A DNA stretch of 61,895 bases, filler included, from Choristocarpus tenellus KU-1152 (GCA_964200185.2; 12 parts of 12 records of this genome joined end to end with filler, not necessarily neighbours in it); one strand, 5' to 3'. Counted from the whole stretch's first letter, positions 12,336 to 25,535 are shown. The notes: generated by a model not told the origin, from the sequence alone. Made by a program: numbers and translations.

Positions 12336-12970
12336 TTGACTCTCTTGTTGTTCTGTTGACCCTGGCACGGTAGCTGTGCTGAAGAGGAGGAACCTGCTCT
12401 GCTGCCTTGTGTGTAGATGCTTTAGTTGAAGGGAGAGGAGGTGGGCGGGGGGGGTAGAGGTGTCATTTCAGATCTTGTATCCAATTTTCTTTTTTTCAAA
12501 ATTGTGTTCTGAAGGGTACGGGATGGAGATGCAAGGGTTTTCATGCACCTTGTTGTGGCGGTGATTCTCATGTAGTTTGTGTGAGGGTGTACTTTTTTTT
12601 GTTTCTTTTTTATTAGTGACAAGTTCTGTTTTAGTCAATGTCCCTGGTTGATAGTTTTTAAGGTTTAAGGAGCAGGGAAAGTCCCACCCATCCTCAGGCA
12701 AGGCACCTGGTTATCCCATCCAGCATTGAGAATTAAGAAAGGGCCAGAGTGTAACATATTGGTAGCAGGGTATGTTTTTTTTGCTCCTTCCTGTGTCAGC
12801 TTGCTTGTGTGTTACAGCCTTAGATGATACTCAAAGCTTTGATTGGATATGATCATTATTGTTGTAGTTGTCCCTTCTTTCTGTGGGACTTCTGTCTTAC
12901 CCTACTTGAATGTCTGGAACTTTGGGCAGTGGAGATGCACTGAGTCGAGAGCTTTTGTGGACCATCTGCT

Positions 12971-13169
12971 GGCTCAAAGTATCTGGGGGGNNNNNNNNNN
13001 NNNNNNNNNNNNNNNNNNNNNNNNNNNNNNNNNNTTAATTAATTAANNNNNNNNNNNNNNNNNNNNNNNNNNNNNNNNNNNNNNNNNNNNACCAAATCAA
13101 CCAAAAATCGCGACATGAAAATTTGACCCCAAATGGACAGTCGCCACCCCCTCCCAGATACTTTGAGCC
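12971..13169. mobile_element. MITE family B fragments either side of a spacer (12971-12990; 13091-13169)
   Basis: ggctcaaagtatctgggggg, and ...ttgaccccaaatggacag...cccagatactttgagcc matching ~37073-37149. Confidence 0.85.
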
Positions 13170-13427
13170 TTGTGGTGAAAAGCACAAAGGATGCATTCGT
13201 TGACTTGGGCGTGCTTATATGCACAAATGACAGCTGAACACAGTACTGAATGTGCCTTGAATGTACTCTAGGCATGCACCCATCTGCAGGTTGATATCAT
13301 CCAAGCAAATGAATGTTGCACATCCTCTTCCCCCTCCTCATGTATGCAATATAGGCGTTGTCCAGACCATATCCTTCATCAAACTACTTCGAAACATTCT
13401 ATGCTTAATCACATTTATGTACACAAG

Positions 13428-14771
13428 GCCACACCATCAGCACTCAGACCCGAGCTTTCGAGAAAAAGAAACGGGATTAATTCGTTCTATGAACCTTACA
13501 TTATTACCCAGATTAAAGCATGGAAGAAGGAGATAGAGCTGGAAGATCTTGCCCGCCGGATGGATAACCGGGCAGAGCAATCAATTCGTAGGGCAACACG
13601 TATGGAGGAGGCTAAGAGCAGAAATAAAAGGTTTGTGTGTGTGTGTGTGTCTGCGTGTGTGTGTGTCTGTGTGTCTGTGTGCGTGTGCGTGTGCGTGTGC
13701 GTGTGCTTGTGCGTGTGCGTGTGTGTGTGTGTGTGTGTTTGCATGTGTTGGTAGGATCTTGATACAAAGTATAGACTGACTGAGTGCAATTACTATGAAG
13801 CCCAGAATTCAATCAGGATAATTTGTCTTCTCTGAGAAATTGCACCAAAGGGAATGCAAAGTCCTTCTTGGCCTAAACATGGGTATAAACAATTTACTCA
13901 ATATCAAACAAGGCACTGTGCATTTATCCACTCAATTGAGTCTGATGTGGATCATATCCCTGTCCTGTAGGGCTCACAACTACGTCAATGTTTATGTTTG
14001 TAAAAAAACGGACCGGAGCATAGTGCTGCAGAGCTGTTACCTACTAGTAAGAATGAAGCAGACAGGAATCCCAATGACTCCCCTACATACTTACATCAGA
14101 AACAACAAGAAGGCGTGGTTGATCAAGCATCTAGTTGCTACGATTGGGCACGCAGACCTGATGAGCAAGGCAATCAAAGCTGAAGAAGACAAAAAATTGG
14201 GGGGAGATCAAGGCCAGATCCAAGGGTGCCGAAATGAGAATGTAAGGGGGAGGATGGGATGAAGGATAGTGGCAGACCTCCTGGGGAAGGGAAAATACTT
14301 GTGCTAGTATCTTCCGTCCATTCTTGTGATGATTGTTCACCAACTACACTGTCCTCCCTTCCACATGTGTTGTACAAACCCACGGTTAGCACAGAAGGGA
14401 TATCATACCACAGAGTTACAGCAACTCTGTTCCCACACCTTACCTCAAGATCCTCCTAACAAGTACACACACATGCATACACACAAACAGGGCAAGGGTG
14501 ATGTGAGGTTTAGCTATGGAAAGGAGGTCTCTGCCCAAGATATGGTGAGGAAAAATATCACTATTCAGGCCCAAAAGCGTTCAGAGAGAGAGAATGAGGT
14601 CAAATTAAGGTGTGGGTGCGAGTGTGCCATGAAAAGAGGGGAGTGAAGGGGACAGGGACAACCACAAACTGAGAGGGGTAGAACTGACCGTGCATATTGG
14701 ATACTGTACTTGCCTTGATTAACAACCCCCACGACAAGCAGACATCAACAACTCTATACACAAGACATAAT

Positions 14772-14811
<40 letters not shown>

Positions 14812-17085
14812 TTTTGTGTGTGTGTTTATTTCCAGTCTAGAGAAAGTGCTGTGCGCGTTTTTCAACGGAAGTAGAACACTACCCTGGAACAAAATATTTC
14901 ACGCCTCTCCTTCCCAACATACTACTTGCAGATTGTCTCTATGAGCTCTTTCCCGCAGTGGATACAAAATGCCTATGATACCCCCGTGATACCCCTTCAT
15001 CGGAACCTTGGTAGTAACAAAATGTGTTCACCGATAGCACTTCCCTTCCACCTTCAAGGTCTTTGTTCCAACAGATGCTTTTGGTGGAGAACATACAAGG
15101 AGAAGAAAATACAACGCATATGACAGAGATGTCGAAGCAGTTGCCTCAGGTGGGAGTTGCACCCAACAAGTCCAGGTGTAACCATGGGAAACACAAGGGA
15201 AAAAATGGCTCTCAAGGTGGAGCAGGTACTATGAGCCCAGGGGGGGAGGTGAAGACGCCAAGGATAGGAAAGGCAAAGGTGCTGCAGCTCCTGCAGGAAT
15301 CAGGACACATTAAGAGGCACACAATGTCATTAACAGCGATCAAGTCTGTAATAGCCGACCCAGTTTTTTCGCAGGTGTGCAAAAGTGATGCCCACACTTA
15401 TAAATACAATCAAGACAAGAGATTGGTAGCAACAGAAGATAACAACTCTAATCTTTACTGAAGTAGTAATCTTGTTACGTTGGGAGGTGATCTTCTGCAG
15501 TGTGAGCACAAACTGGTTCCTCCAATTTGTTCATAATGGAAAGGTGATATGTGCATTAGGGATAAATCAAATGACCTGTCAAAGTACGATCCAATATTTG
15601 TCCCAGAAACTTCAAATGTCTTGGACTTACCTATGCTGGTAAGCGAACACTTCTCATTCTCGCTGACACACAACACAGTGTGTTTGTTGTGATGCAGGAG
15701 ATGTATATATCTGTTGAGAAATAGATACATTCCTTTGCCCAGATCTGACTTGATATGGGTTGTACTTGGTAAATTTTCAAGCATAGCATCTTGTGGGGGC
15801 CAAAATGTTTTGTATTCTACCATGTAATGCCTACTATGTGTTTCCTAAAGATTGTGTGGTATCATCCCAACGTTCAGGCATTTCTTCAGCAGCCTGTATC
15901 CAGAAAGGAGGAGATATCGGAGGATGAGTTTGCCTTGTTTGGATCAATTGTTGCCGAGGCTATTCCGTGGTATCAAAGGTAAGGACAGTGGCTTACATGT
16001 TAGAAGGTTGAAGGGTTAGGGAGAGATGTACAACAACAGATGAACATGTTTGAGACACAAATCTCAACTTCTTCAATTCTCTTGCTTGAGACTGCTAATA
16101 GTTGAGGAGAAGCAATAAAGCAACATGCAAAGAATTTGTTTCATGACTGACTATGTGTGGGTGGGCAGAGAAGGTGTTTTTTATACACTGTGATCGATCA
16201 ACAAGTTCTCACACACATTTACGGCTCGAAGTTTCCCCCAAGCAAGCAGTGTAAAATATAGGAACAGAAAATTCTACATTTGTGTACCCTCCTTGAGAAG
16301 TTCTGGCTTTCCATTTGGTCCTTGCTTACACCTTGCATGTGTGACAGGGTAAGGGCTGCATTAAATCGGGAGCAAGCGCTGACTGAGGCCAGGGTTAAGA
16401 TCTATATCTCTAGGAAGGAGAAGTTACTCAACCTCAAGGTGTCGTTCATTGTGAAATTAGCTCTAGGGTTGGCTCATACTACAAATGTGTTGTCACGAGG
16501 GTGAGGACTATTACAAATAAGTGGGCAGATTGTGACAATTTTATATTTGCAAAGCAGTAGTCAATAGCAGTCTAGGCATTGGTATTCATACTGAGTACTT
16601 CGCCAGATATTTTGAAATAGGCAACCACTTAATTATTTTTAAGCACACTAGCAATTGCAATGATTTAATGTAGTAGAGGTGCAAATGGAAGAGAATTGCA
16701 CTTTGGTCTAGATTGAATTGCAGGGTGAGAGTTTGGACTGAGGGGGCAATAGGCATGGTTGTGGTGCGATTATATTGCTCTGCAGTCGAGCTTTCAGATG
16801 TCAGCTTCGGCATGGATGTTGGCCACTGTGGAAGTGTGAAGGCTGATTTCAAAGGAGGCCTAGCAGTCTGTATGATTCAAGACCTTTTGTTCTTGCATAC
16901 AGACAGGTCACTTATTTGATTGATTATCTCTTAGAAACACGCCACTAAATTTCTTCATTGTTGTGTAACATATTTTCCACTAGAACCGGAGGAGGGAGGA
17001 AAAAGAGGATGGTATAGCTCCATCACATGCATGGATCAATAACCTCAATACCACAAGATTTTCTAATCGGGGAGATGCAATGTGA
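13428..17085 (+). CDS. Hypothetical multi-exon protein, 3' part (exons ~13428-13630, 13971-14241, 14491-~14609, 15075-15374, 15878-15978, 16348-16438, 16984-17085)
   Basis: Open exons with canonical GT-AG ends and matching phases, except one unresolved junction between 14599/14609 and 15075. No recognisable domain. Confidence 0.6.
13634..13740. repeat. (GT)n/(GTGC)n microsatellite directly after a splice donor
   Basis: Direct reading. Confidence 0.95.
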
Positions 17086-17523
17086 GCAGTAGTTAACCTA
17101 TCCAAAGGCTGGAGTGATGATGGGGTGCTAATGGACTTGAACATGTTAGGATTGACATTTTTTTGCATGGGGGAAATTGACTCACAGTTTATTTTGATTT
17201 TGGTTTGGACTTGAAGCAAACACCTCTGAAAACATATTTTTTTGCGAAGTTGAGCCTGCATGGCGTTGTGCACATACTATTAGTTCATCTACTGTGACCT
17301 TTATGGCACTCTAGACAACATCTCCCCCTTTGATCTATCTCTCCGACCTTTGATATTTCAATGATACAAAGCAATATTTAGCCATTGTACTGAATTCATG
17401 ATTTACTGACTTCATCCTCAGGGAATGGTCAAGGTTTCATCACCATGTCCTGATCCGTGCAAGGGCGGATTTGCCACTCTATTGCTGCCTTTGCCGCACA
17501 CGAAAGTGGGATGAGGTGAAAAT

Positions 17524-17628
17524 GGGTCAAAATATCTGGGGGGGGGGTGCCAGCGTCCGTTTTTGACCCTGGCTCAAAGTACCTGGGGGGGGGGGGGGGG
17601 TGTCCATTTGGGGCTAATTTTTTTTTGT
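17524..17628. mobile_element. Two adjacent or nested MITE ends (C-type at 17524, B-type at 17571)
   Basis: gggtcaaaatatctgggg... followed by ggctcaaagtacctgggg...tgtccatttgggg. Confidence 0.75.
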
Positions 17629-17728
17629 NNNNNNNNNNNNNNNNNNNNNNNNNNNNNNNNNNNNNNNNNNNNTTAATTAATTAANNNNNNNNNNNNNNNN
17701 NNNNNNNNNNNNNNNNNNNNNNNNNNNN

Positions 17729-18041
17729 GACATTGGCCCAAGTAAAGAACATGCTACCTGCCCTGTATAGCACTGAGTCCCGCTCCCGATCCATGAAGAG
17801 GGCGGGGACATGGGGGGAGACAAGGGCTTCAAAATCTCCCAGGGCCGAAGACCGAAATAGAGCAGGAGTACCAAGAGAGGGGGGAAGGACCTACAACCCG
17901 TGTTATGCGTGGAAGTCAGGAAAGGAGTGTGATTTCCTGAAAAGAAATGGTTTCTGCAAATACGACCATTTTGAAGAAGGGGGAGAAGAGAGAGAGAAGG
18001 AAGCCCAGACCAAGGCCAAGGCTAAAAAGAAAGACCCATGA
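17729..18041 (+). pseudogene. ORF1/gag C-terminus with CCCH zinc finger
   Basis: CYAWKSGKECDFLKRNGFCKYDH. Confidence 0.75.
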
Positions 18042-18189
18042 AGACGCGGGCCCACCCCTACCTAGGGAGGGCCGGCAGGAGGAGACCAATGGACGTCAAG
18101 ACTACCACAACATCGACAAGAGACGTCGGGGATTCCAACACCGGGGTCAATACACCGGACACTCAAAGGTAAAGGGGGGGGGGAAGGGA

Positions 18190-20498
18190 ATGACGGATGA
18201 CTTTGAAGAGTGGTTGAGAGTATGGCAAGATTGGAAGAGAGAAAAGGAAGGGGCAATGTTAGGGGAGGGACTGGAAGAGTTGGCAAGAAAAGGGGAAGTA
18301 TTAATAGGAGAGTGTAAGGGGGACTTGGGGATTCTAGTGGATAGGTTAGGGGAAAGATGGAGTCCCAAACGGTTGGATTGGGAGACGATTGATGACCATT
18401 TTGGGAAAAAAATCGGGTTCCCACAGATAGCGCAACTCCAACAGGTAGTGAGCAAGGGAGTGCCAGTGTGCGTAAGGGGAATAGGCAGTGTTGAGGAGAG
18501 ACTAGAGTATGGAAACCACACGAGTGCAAGAAGTAGGAAGAAGGCCCTACTAGAAAAGGTAGTGAGTGATGTGACCTAGGGTAGAGCTTTGGTGTTCCCA
18601 AAAAGGAGTTGGGGGAAGATCCCAGGATTGCAGATGTCCCCAGTTGGTACAATTCAAGAACCCACGAAGGTAAGGATTATTCACGATTTGTCGTACCAGC
18701 AAGAGGGTTGGGGGCCGAGTGTGAATGACCAGACAGAGTTAGAGGATGCCCCCCCCGTACATTGTGGAACAGTGATAGGGGACGTAATTAGGAGAATTGT
18801 GAGTTTAAGGAAGAAGTTCCCGGGGGCGAGGATTATGATTGGTAAGATGGATGTGAAAGATGCCTTTCGCCAAGTACCAGTAGAACCACAAGGGGCAGCA
18901 AAGTTTGGATATTATGGGTTTAAGGAAGAAGTTCCCGGGAGCGAGGATTATGATTAGTAAGATGGATGTGAAAGATGCCTTTCGCCAAGTACCAGTAGAA
19001 CCACAAGGGGCAGCAAAGTTTGGATATTGTGTTGGAGATTTTTGCTAGTGATTGATTTTAGACTCCAATTTGGGTGGAGGAATAGCCCGGGGTGGTCGGA
19101 CCTTTTAGCGAGTGCACTAGAATTTTCACACTGTCATACAGATCCCAAGTCGACTGTAGTCCTCGAAGAAGCAGAACGGATTGCGGTAGGTGTAACGTAC
19201 TCAAAGCAGGAAGGCAGGAGGGAAGTTAGGACCATAGACGAGACATAGAAGGTGCAGGACATAGCAGGGGGGGGGGTGGAGGACCCCTTTTTTGCCAGAA
19301 TGTACGTAGATGATAGCATTTTGGTAGAGCCCTAATGGTTTGATGATGGGCGGAGACTGAAGCTAGCAACAAATTCTTTAGTCTCCGATCATATACGGTT
19401 GCTAGGCCAGAGAAAAAAATAACAGGATGGCATGCCACACAGGTAGTGGTAGGATGGAAGATAGATACAGAGAAAATGACCATTGCCCTACCAGAGGGAA
19501 AGCTGAAGGGACTGAAGTCATTGTTAGGGGAGTGGCCAGAATCGAAGTTGGTAGCGAAGGTGCAGGAGGTATGGGTGTTGCTGGGCCGACTGTTTCACAT
19601 GTCGTACGTCATACGCCCAGGGAATCTTTTTCTCTGGCGGCTGGTACACCTGTCAGGGTTGCACCAGAAACGGGGGTGGGTGGGTAGGATAGCAAGGGGG
19701 GGGGGGCAGGTTGAACAGAGGGAAGGTCCAAGAGAAGCAAATAAGGAAATCAGGATAGGAAGGGAATTCAAAGAAGACTTGAATTGGTGGAGGTGGGTGG
19801 TAGAACATGGTCTGGCTGAGGAAGGAGAAAACTTGAGCTCCCTGTTTTTGGGGTTTGTGTCAAGACCTCCAGGTACGACATGGTATTCGGATGCATGCTT
19901 TTCAGCAGTAGGAGGGTACAACGTAAAGACGGGTAAGTGGTGGAGATATGACTTCCCAGAAAACGTGAAGAAGGATATTATGCGTAGTGTGGTAAAAGGA
20001 GAAGGGGGGAGTATATCAATCAATGTCTTAGAGTTACTAGGAATGGTAATGAATGCATGGGTACTGGTCATGAAGGTAAAGAGAAAAGCAGAGAAGAAGG
20101 GAGACCCAGTGTTGCTGAAGGGGGACAATTACTCTGCAGTGCACTGGTTCCGTAAGTTTGAGGGGGCAAAGGATAGGAGAGCAGGAGGCTTGATGAGAAT
20201 AATGGGGGTGTTGGAGATAGCAGGGGAATGGTAATTTGTAGTGGAACACGTAGCGGGGAAACAGAATGACTTAGCAGATGGTATCTCAAGGTGGAAGAGG
20301 GGTGAGATTCAACCTAACCTCCAACGTATTTGCCCACGCATTTACTGGCAGGAGCAGCCCTTGGGTCGGGAAGGGAAGATGGTGTGTTTGAGTGCCTTAC
20401 AGCAGTGTACGCCAGAGGATTGGTTGCGCCATCTACTCAGAAGTGTTATGAAGCAGCTTGGGACCAATGGTCTGAGTTCCGCACAAATAGGGGATTGA
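18190..20498 (+). pseudogene. Reverse transcriptase-RNase H, disrupted
   Basis: RT and RNase H motifs as above; in-frame stops at 18577, 19246 and 20232, frameshifts, and an internal 115-nt duplication. Confidence 0.9.
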
Positions 20499-20992
20499 GT
20501 AGGTGGTTAGACCCTAGGAGTAGAGAGATAGAGGTGGTAAAGGCCCTAGCGGAGTTCATGTGTTTCTGTTGTGGAAGTAGGGGGAATCAAGTAAGCACAG
20601 TTAAGGGTAAGATAGCAGCAATCCAATAATACTATAAACATTTCCTCAACTTACAGCTTCCCACACAACATTTCATGATCCAATCTGTATTCAAAGGAAT
20701 AGGGAGGAGTCACACAAAAGTAGGAAGCGAGCCCAGGAAGAGGAGACCCCTAACGTGGAGAATTATTGTAGAGACAAAGCAATGCACTGAAATGCTAGGT
20801 AGGGAAGGTAAATTGACAAGGCTAGGTCTGGGTTTCTCGTTCTTCTTTCTAGCTAGAGCCTCAGAGTTGTGGGCCTATGACGAAGGGGGAGGAGTTCATG
20901 GGGATCTCGCAGTAAGAAGGAGGGACGTGGTATGGAGGAGGGGAATAAAAAGTTTAAGTTGGGAAAAGAGACACCAGGCAGAAAAAGTAGAG
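20330..20992 (+). pseudogene. Tyrosine recombinase (N-terminal SAM-like domain plus first catalytic Arg), disrupted and truncated
   Basis: STQKCYEAAWDQW...STVKGKIAAIQ*...RRPLT...FFFLARASEL; overlaps the RNase H ORF in another frame. Confidence 0.85.
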
Positions 20993-21162
20993 NNNNNNNN
21001 NNNNNNNNNNNNNNNNNNNNNNNNNNNNNNNNNNNNTTAATTAATTAANNNNNNNNNNNNNNNNNNNNNNNNNNNNNNNNNNNNNNNNNNNNCCTCAGAG
21101 GGGGAGGAGGAGAAGGAGAAAAAAAAGAGAGCGGCATACAAAACACATTTGAAAACCTCTTC

Positions 21163-21199
<37 letters not shown>

Positions 21200-21358
21200 C
21201 GGCTGGAGTCTTCGTACGACTTGTGACTAGAGATTTTTATGGCGCCGTTTTTTTTATTTTTTTGAACGCGGTGTGCAGGTTTGGTTTGTCCACCGCAACA
21301 GACGGTTTGGCTGAACTTCTGTTGGTGCATTGAGCGTTCGATTGATGGGACTTAACAC

Positions 21359-21424
21359 ATTTATTTATTTATTTATTTATTTATTTACTTACTTATTTAC
21401 TTATTTACTTATTTACTTATTTAT
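21359..21424. repeat. (ATTT/ACTT)n microsatellite; a compound (CT)(AT)(GT) tract follows at ~21541-21624
   Basis: Direct reading. Confidence 0.9.
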
Positions 21425-21737
21425 GCTCATTGACGGCGGGGTAGTGGGTGCTTCGAGGTGAAGGAATGCACATGATTTTTTGTTCCGTATATGTATTGCT
21501 TAATGATGTGGATCATACTTTTTGATCTCTTTATCTCTTTGTCTCTCTCTCTCTCTATCTCTCTCTCTCTCTCTCTCAATATATATATATGTGTGTGTGT
21601 GTGTTGCGTGTGTGTATGTGTGTGCATAGTTGTCAGTCCTAGCATTTTTCTTTTTTATTGCTTGTCTTGTTTAAAGTCTCCCCTCTGCCTGGTGCCGTTG
21701 GTTGCCTTGATCTTTCGTTCTATGCTTTTGTGTGTAG

Positions 21738-21926
21738 GTGTCCAACCGCTTCAACATGACTTTCTCGTTTCCTGAGTTGGTGTCCAAGGAGGAGGGAGAA
21801 ACCAGCATTTGTACATCCTTGCTGAGGCGTGTGTTGCCAGAAGATGCGACTGAGGCGGCAAGGGTACTCGCTGCCAAGGACCGAGACAGGATGCAGGACA
21901 TGGATGATACCCCTGGTGCCAAATAG
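21738..21926 (+). CDS. Terminal exon of an acyl-CoA thioesterase 9-like (double hot-dog fold) protein
   Basis: tgtgtag|VSNRFNMTF...LRRVLPEDATEAARVL resembles the C-terminal VSNxFxFTF...RxVxPxTxEEA pattern of plant and algal ACOT9 homologues. Confidence 0.65.
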   Translation: MSNRFNMTFSFPELVSKEEGETSICTSLLRRVLPEDATEAARVLAAKDRDRMQDMDDTPGAK

Positions 21927-24209
21927 TTGATTCAAACTCCTCTCAAAGGACAGGACACATAGTGTATCTTTTGTTGATGTGGCATTCATACACAACACAC
22001 ACACACACACAGCCATGCTTAGAAGAAGTGGTCTGTTGATATCTGATGTTGCTGGAGAAGTACCTCATAAGTGGTGGTAGTACTGAAGTTGGAAGGGAGA
22101 GAGAGTCGGCATATATGACCTATCTCATGTGGCATTCCCTACTACTATGTTTCAGGGGTTTTTTTTTAGATTGATACATTTGCTTTGTGGGTGGAAGGCA
22201 AGGTTGACCTGTGGGCAAGCACCTGACAGCTCTTGTCTCTTGGTTGTGGTCGCCAACTTATCGCACCTGATTAAGTGTGTAAATGTGAGAATAATACTGA
22301 TACATGCATGGCAGGACTACTGTAACAAGTGCTTGTCAGGTTGTGTGTTTATAGTCCTCCTCACTACAGTTATGTGAGGTACGATAATGCTTTCCTTTCG
22401 TTCATGGCGGATATACTGTTGGTATTGTGACATTCAGATTTAATTAGATGCTTCTGTTGTACATACTCGAGTGGTGTCCTTCCTTTGTGGGTGGTTGATC
22501 TTGTGTTTTTTTTTCTGATTCTTAATTTTGGTTTCTTTTGTTACGTGATGAGTAAAGTACTTGGTGACGGTATGATTTTTAAAAAAAGAAAAAGAAAAAT
22601 GGTTTATCGTTCTATTTGATATCAGCTTGTTTTCCGCACAACATGCAACTGCTCACCCCTTTTTTGTACCATTTTGTTGCTGTGTCTTAGACCCAAGACC
22701 TCTGGACAGAGTGGAGATTTTATCGTGTGGGCAATGTGTAAGATCAAAGTAGTATGGATTTATATGTTGTTGGCAAGTCCAAGCATGCGTTGATCTAGTA
22801 GTGTGACCTTGACTGGGTGGGGCTTCTCGGACTCATGTGTTCTACTCTCCAAAACCCTCACACAGGTCATAGACACCACCACTATGCAACAATTGTACTC
22901 ATGGACTACGAGAGTCTGGACTATGTATCAAGTTTGTGTGTATTTTTTAGTAGTAACTAGTACCTCAAGGTATAGAGTTAGTGTGAACTCCACTCCAAAT
23001 ATTAGGCCATCACGTATTGTAATAGGAAAATAGTATTGCTAATATTGTATACTCACTCCAGCAAATGGTAACACCCAATAGAAAGAGTATTACCTACCAC
23101 AAATATTTTTTGTGAGATAAGGTGAAGCCTTACTTTTTGTTGCTGCTCATGTCATACATGTAGATATGCTGTAGTTATCAATCCTCCAACCCTTACACAA
23201 AGTGGTCAGATAAAGGCAGTGCAATATGGATATTGGTACCCGTTCCACAGCCAAAACAGTCAGAAAAGGACCAACAGGACCTAAGTGTAATAGTCTGTAA
23301 ATATTCAAAAAGTTCCTCATGGGCATCTTGCTCGTACTCTTACTACTTGTCCCACTTATTGTTGCGGCATAGGGTTAGAGTAGTTTTGTTCTAACTCCTT
23401 TCAAGCACCTAGTAGCATCTACACTGAGTACCTACACGGTAGTAGTCATAGTAAAAAACTACACCCTAGGTAGTGTGACGCTCAACATTCAACAATGTTC
23501 AGTCCGTAGCATTTATCATCCAGGACAAGATTGCTAGTAGTGTCGATTTCTTTCCCTGAAATGTCTGTTACAGGGCAGCCTTCAGGGGTCAAATACTCTG
23601 CAACGTGTGTTGTTTGCAGAGGATCCCAAGTCCATCTGCTTTGTCACGTCCTTTCTTTGTCTCTTATTATAAATAGACCACCAAACATGCACTGTAGTGG
23701 CAACGATCAGTGCCATTTGCTCTATAATATCCGTCCAGAACAACGCATACAGTCGTATACATTTTTCTTAATTATACAGTGGTTTGATCTTTCATGTCAG
23801 ATGTAAGGATAAACAAAAGAAAAGCGGCAGAAGAAAGGAGAAACAAAGCACATGGCGAAAAAATATCTGTCATGTTGCCATAGATAACACCTGGGTCATA
23901 ACAACCATTGTCCAGCAACACTTCAGCGCCATTTGCTCCAAAAACGTTTACTGTCCAGGAAATGCTTGGAGTCATTCGTTATTCATAATAAGGTTGGATG
24001 TCTTCGACAACACTTTAAACTATTTTCTTGGTTTCCGGACCATTTCTCTGTACATGGTACCCTTTGGTTTGTTTAACGTTCAACGCACTTGCTCTATATT
24101 TTATTATTTTGCCCTCTGACATTTTGAAGATGTGTTAGGGGAAAAACCAATGAGAACTATTCACATGTCAGAAAAATCCCTTGAAAAGTAACAGTTGTCA
24201 AATGTGAAA

Positions 24210-24520
24210 AACATTATTCTATTTACTATTTTACTACCAGCTATGCTATATACCACTGCCTCCCTGTGCCTCCAACCTAGCTATTCCTGCACCCCAGGGT
24301 GAGGAGCTAGGGAAGGATCCCAAGGATCTAACAAGCCCCTCATTGCCCATCTCCCTGGTGTCTCCAGCTTAAAACGCATGACACGTTTAAACAGGGCCAC
24401 CTGCGTTGTAAGAGAGACTATTCGTCGTAGGCGGGATTTGATGGCCCCTTTCCTGGTGTAGCCTCCAGTTCCTCTCCCCCCTACCACGTGCGTAGCTAGC
24501 TCATCCAAGAAACTTTCCGC
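24210..24520 (-). mobile_element. 3' fragment of a non-LTR retrotransposon of the restriction-like endonuclease type (CRE-like)
   Basis: LDELATHVVGGRGTGGYTRKGAIKSRLRRIVSLTTQVALFKRVMRFKL resembles the C-terminus following an RLE domain; a short AT-rich repeated tail follows; a MITE cuts the 5' side. Confidence 0.55.
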
Positions 24521-24527
24521 TTGCTAA

Positions 24528-24689
24528 GGGTCAAAGTATCTGGGGGGGAGGGGGGGGTGGTTTGTGAAGGGGCGTCCGTTTCGGTCAAATCACTCATTTT
24601 TTTGCTGACATTTCAAATCCGACACGTGCGACCAATTCACACCAAGAAAATGAAAATCGAAAAAAAGGTAAAAAACGGACGCCAACACC
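24528..24689. mobile_element. MITE family C, truncated by spacer (second copy 38025-38117)
   Basis: gggtcaaagtatctgggg...ctgacatttcaaatccgacac occurs in both copies. Confidence 0.85.
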
Positions 24690-25535
24690 NNNNNNNNNNN
24701 NNNNNNNNNNNNNNNNNNNNNNNNNNNNNNNNNTTAATTAATTAANNNNNNNNNNNNNNNNNNNNNNNNNNNNNNNNNNNNNNNNNNNNCCCTCCCTCCA
24801 AAGTCCCCTCTCATTCTCCCTGTGTCTCCCCTCTGTTCTCTCTCACCTTGTGGGGTGGTTTCCAACCCTAGTCTTGAGTGTTTCCTTGTTAAAACTGTCG
24901 AGGTCAATATGCGGGTTGGTGTAACACATGACCTCTCTGGGGAAATAAGAAGAGCAGTCTCGTGGTACACACCAGTTGATGTATGCCCCCTTCCCCCACC
25001 CCTTTGCATTGTCATCCCATGGTCCCAACTGTCCACTGTCCCACCGGCCTCTGTCGCTCCTTGTTTTTTTTCTGATTCACATCCAGCAGGAGTGAGGGTT
25101 GGAAATTTCCAAAAGAGTTTTCTTACAGGTTACATCGCACTAAAAAGGAACTGTGAAGGAATCATTCAATCTTGACGATTTCTGCTTGAGATGGGGGTAG
25201 CTAGCTGCATTGCCTGTCGTTTGAGAAAAACAAGGTGAGGTGTATGAAAATATAGCTATGATCGTTAGGCCATTTGACCTTGTTTGGAACAGAGCGAACC
25301 ACCTTATTTTTTTGCTCTTGTCAGACTTAATATTAGGCTTAGTATAGCACAGGCTGGTGGAGGACTGTGTACGTACCCCAGAAGTGTTCCTACTGCGCCA
25401 TCGTTTTTTTCTACAACATGGCCCTCATTGCACATGTCAAACAACAGCGTAGATTGGTATTGTTCTCATCCTGGAGTCGTCAGAGCTGACTGACCATGGG
25501 GCAGAGTTGCAGTCAAGAGTGAGATGGAGATTTGC

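Larger units (their letters stand above)
17729..20992 (+). mobile_element. Decayed tyrosine-recombinase retrotransposon (DIRS order, Ngaro-like), truncated at both ends
   Basis: Gag-like ORF with C-x8-C-x8-C-x3-H; RT motifs RIIHDLS, KMDVKDAFRQVPV, LQFGWRNSPG, YVDD; RNase H motifs YSDAC, INVLELLG, GDNYSAV, HVAGKQNDLADGISR; overlapping YR ORF with FFFLARASEL. Confidence 0.93.

Noticed and set aside
13344-13812. ORFs with poly-CV/HT (also poly-I/L at 40648-41422)
   Set aside because: These are translations of microsatellites.
18062-20289. Long minus-strand ORFs within the retrotransposon
   Set aside because: Antisense shadows of the purine-rich RT/RNase H frame with no motifs.
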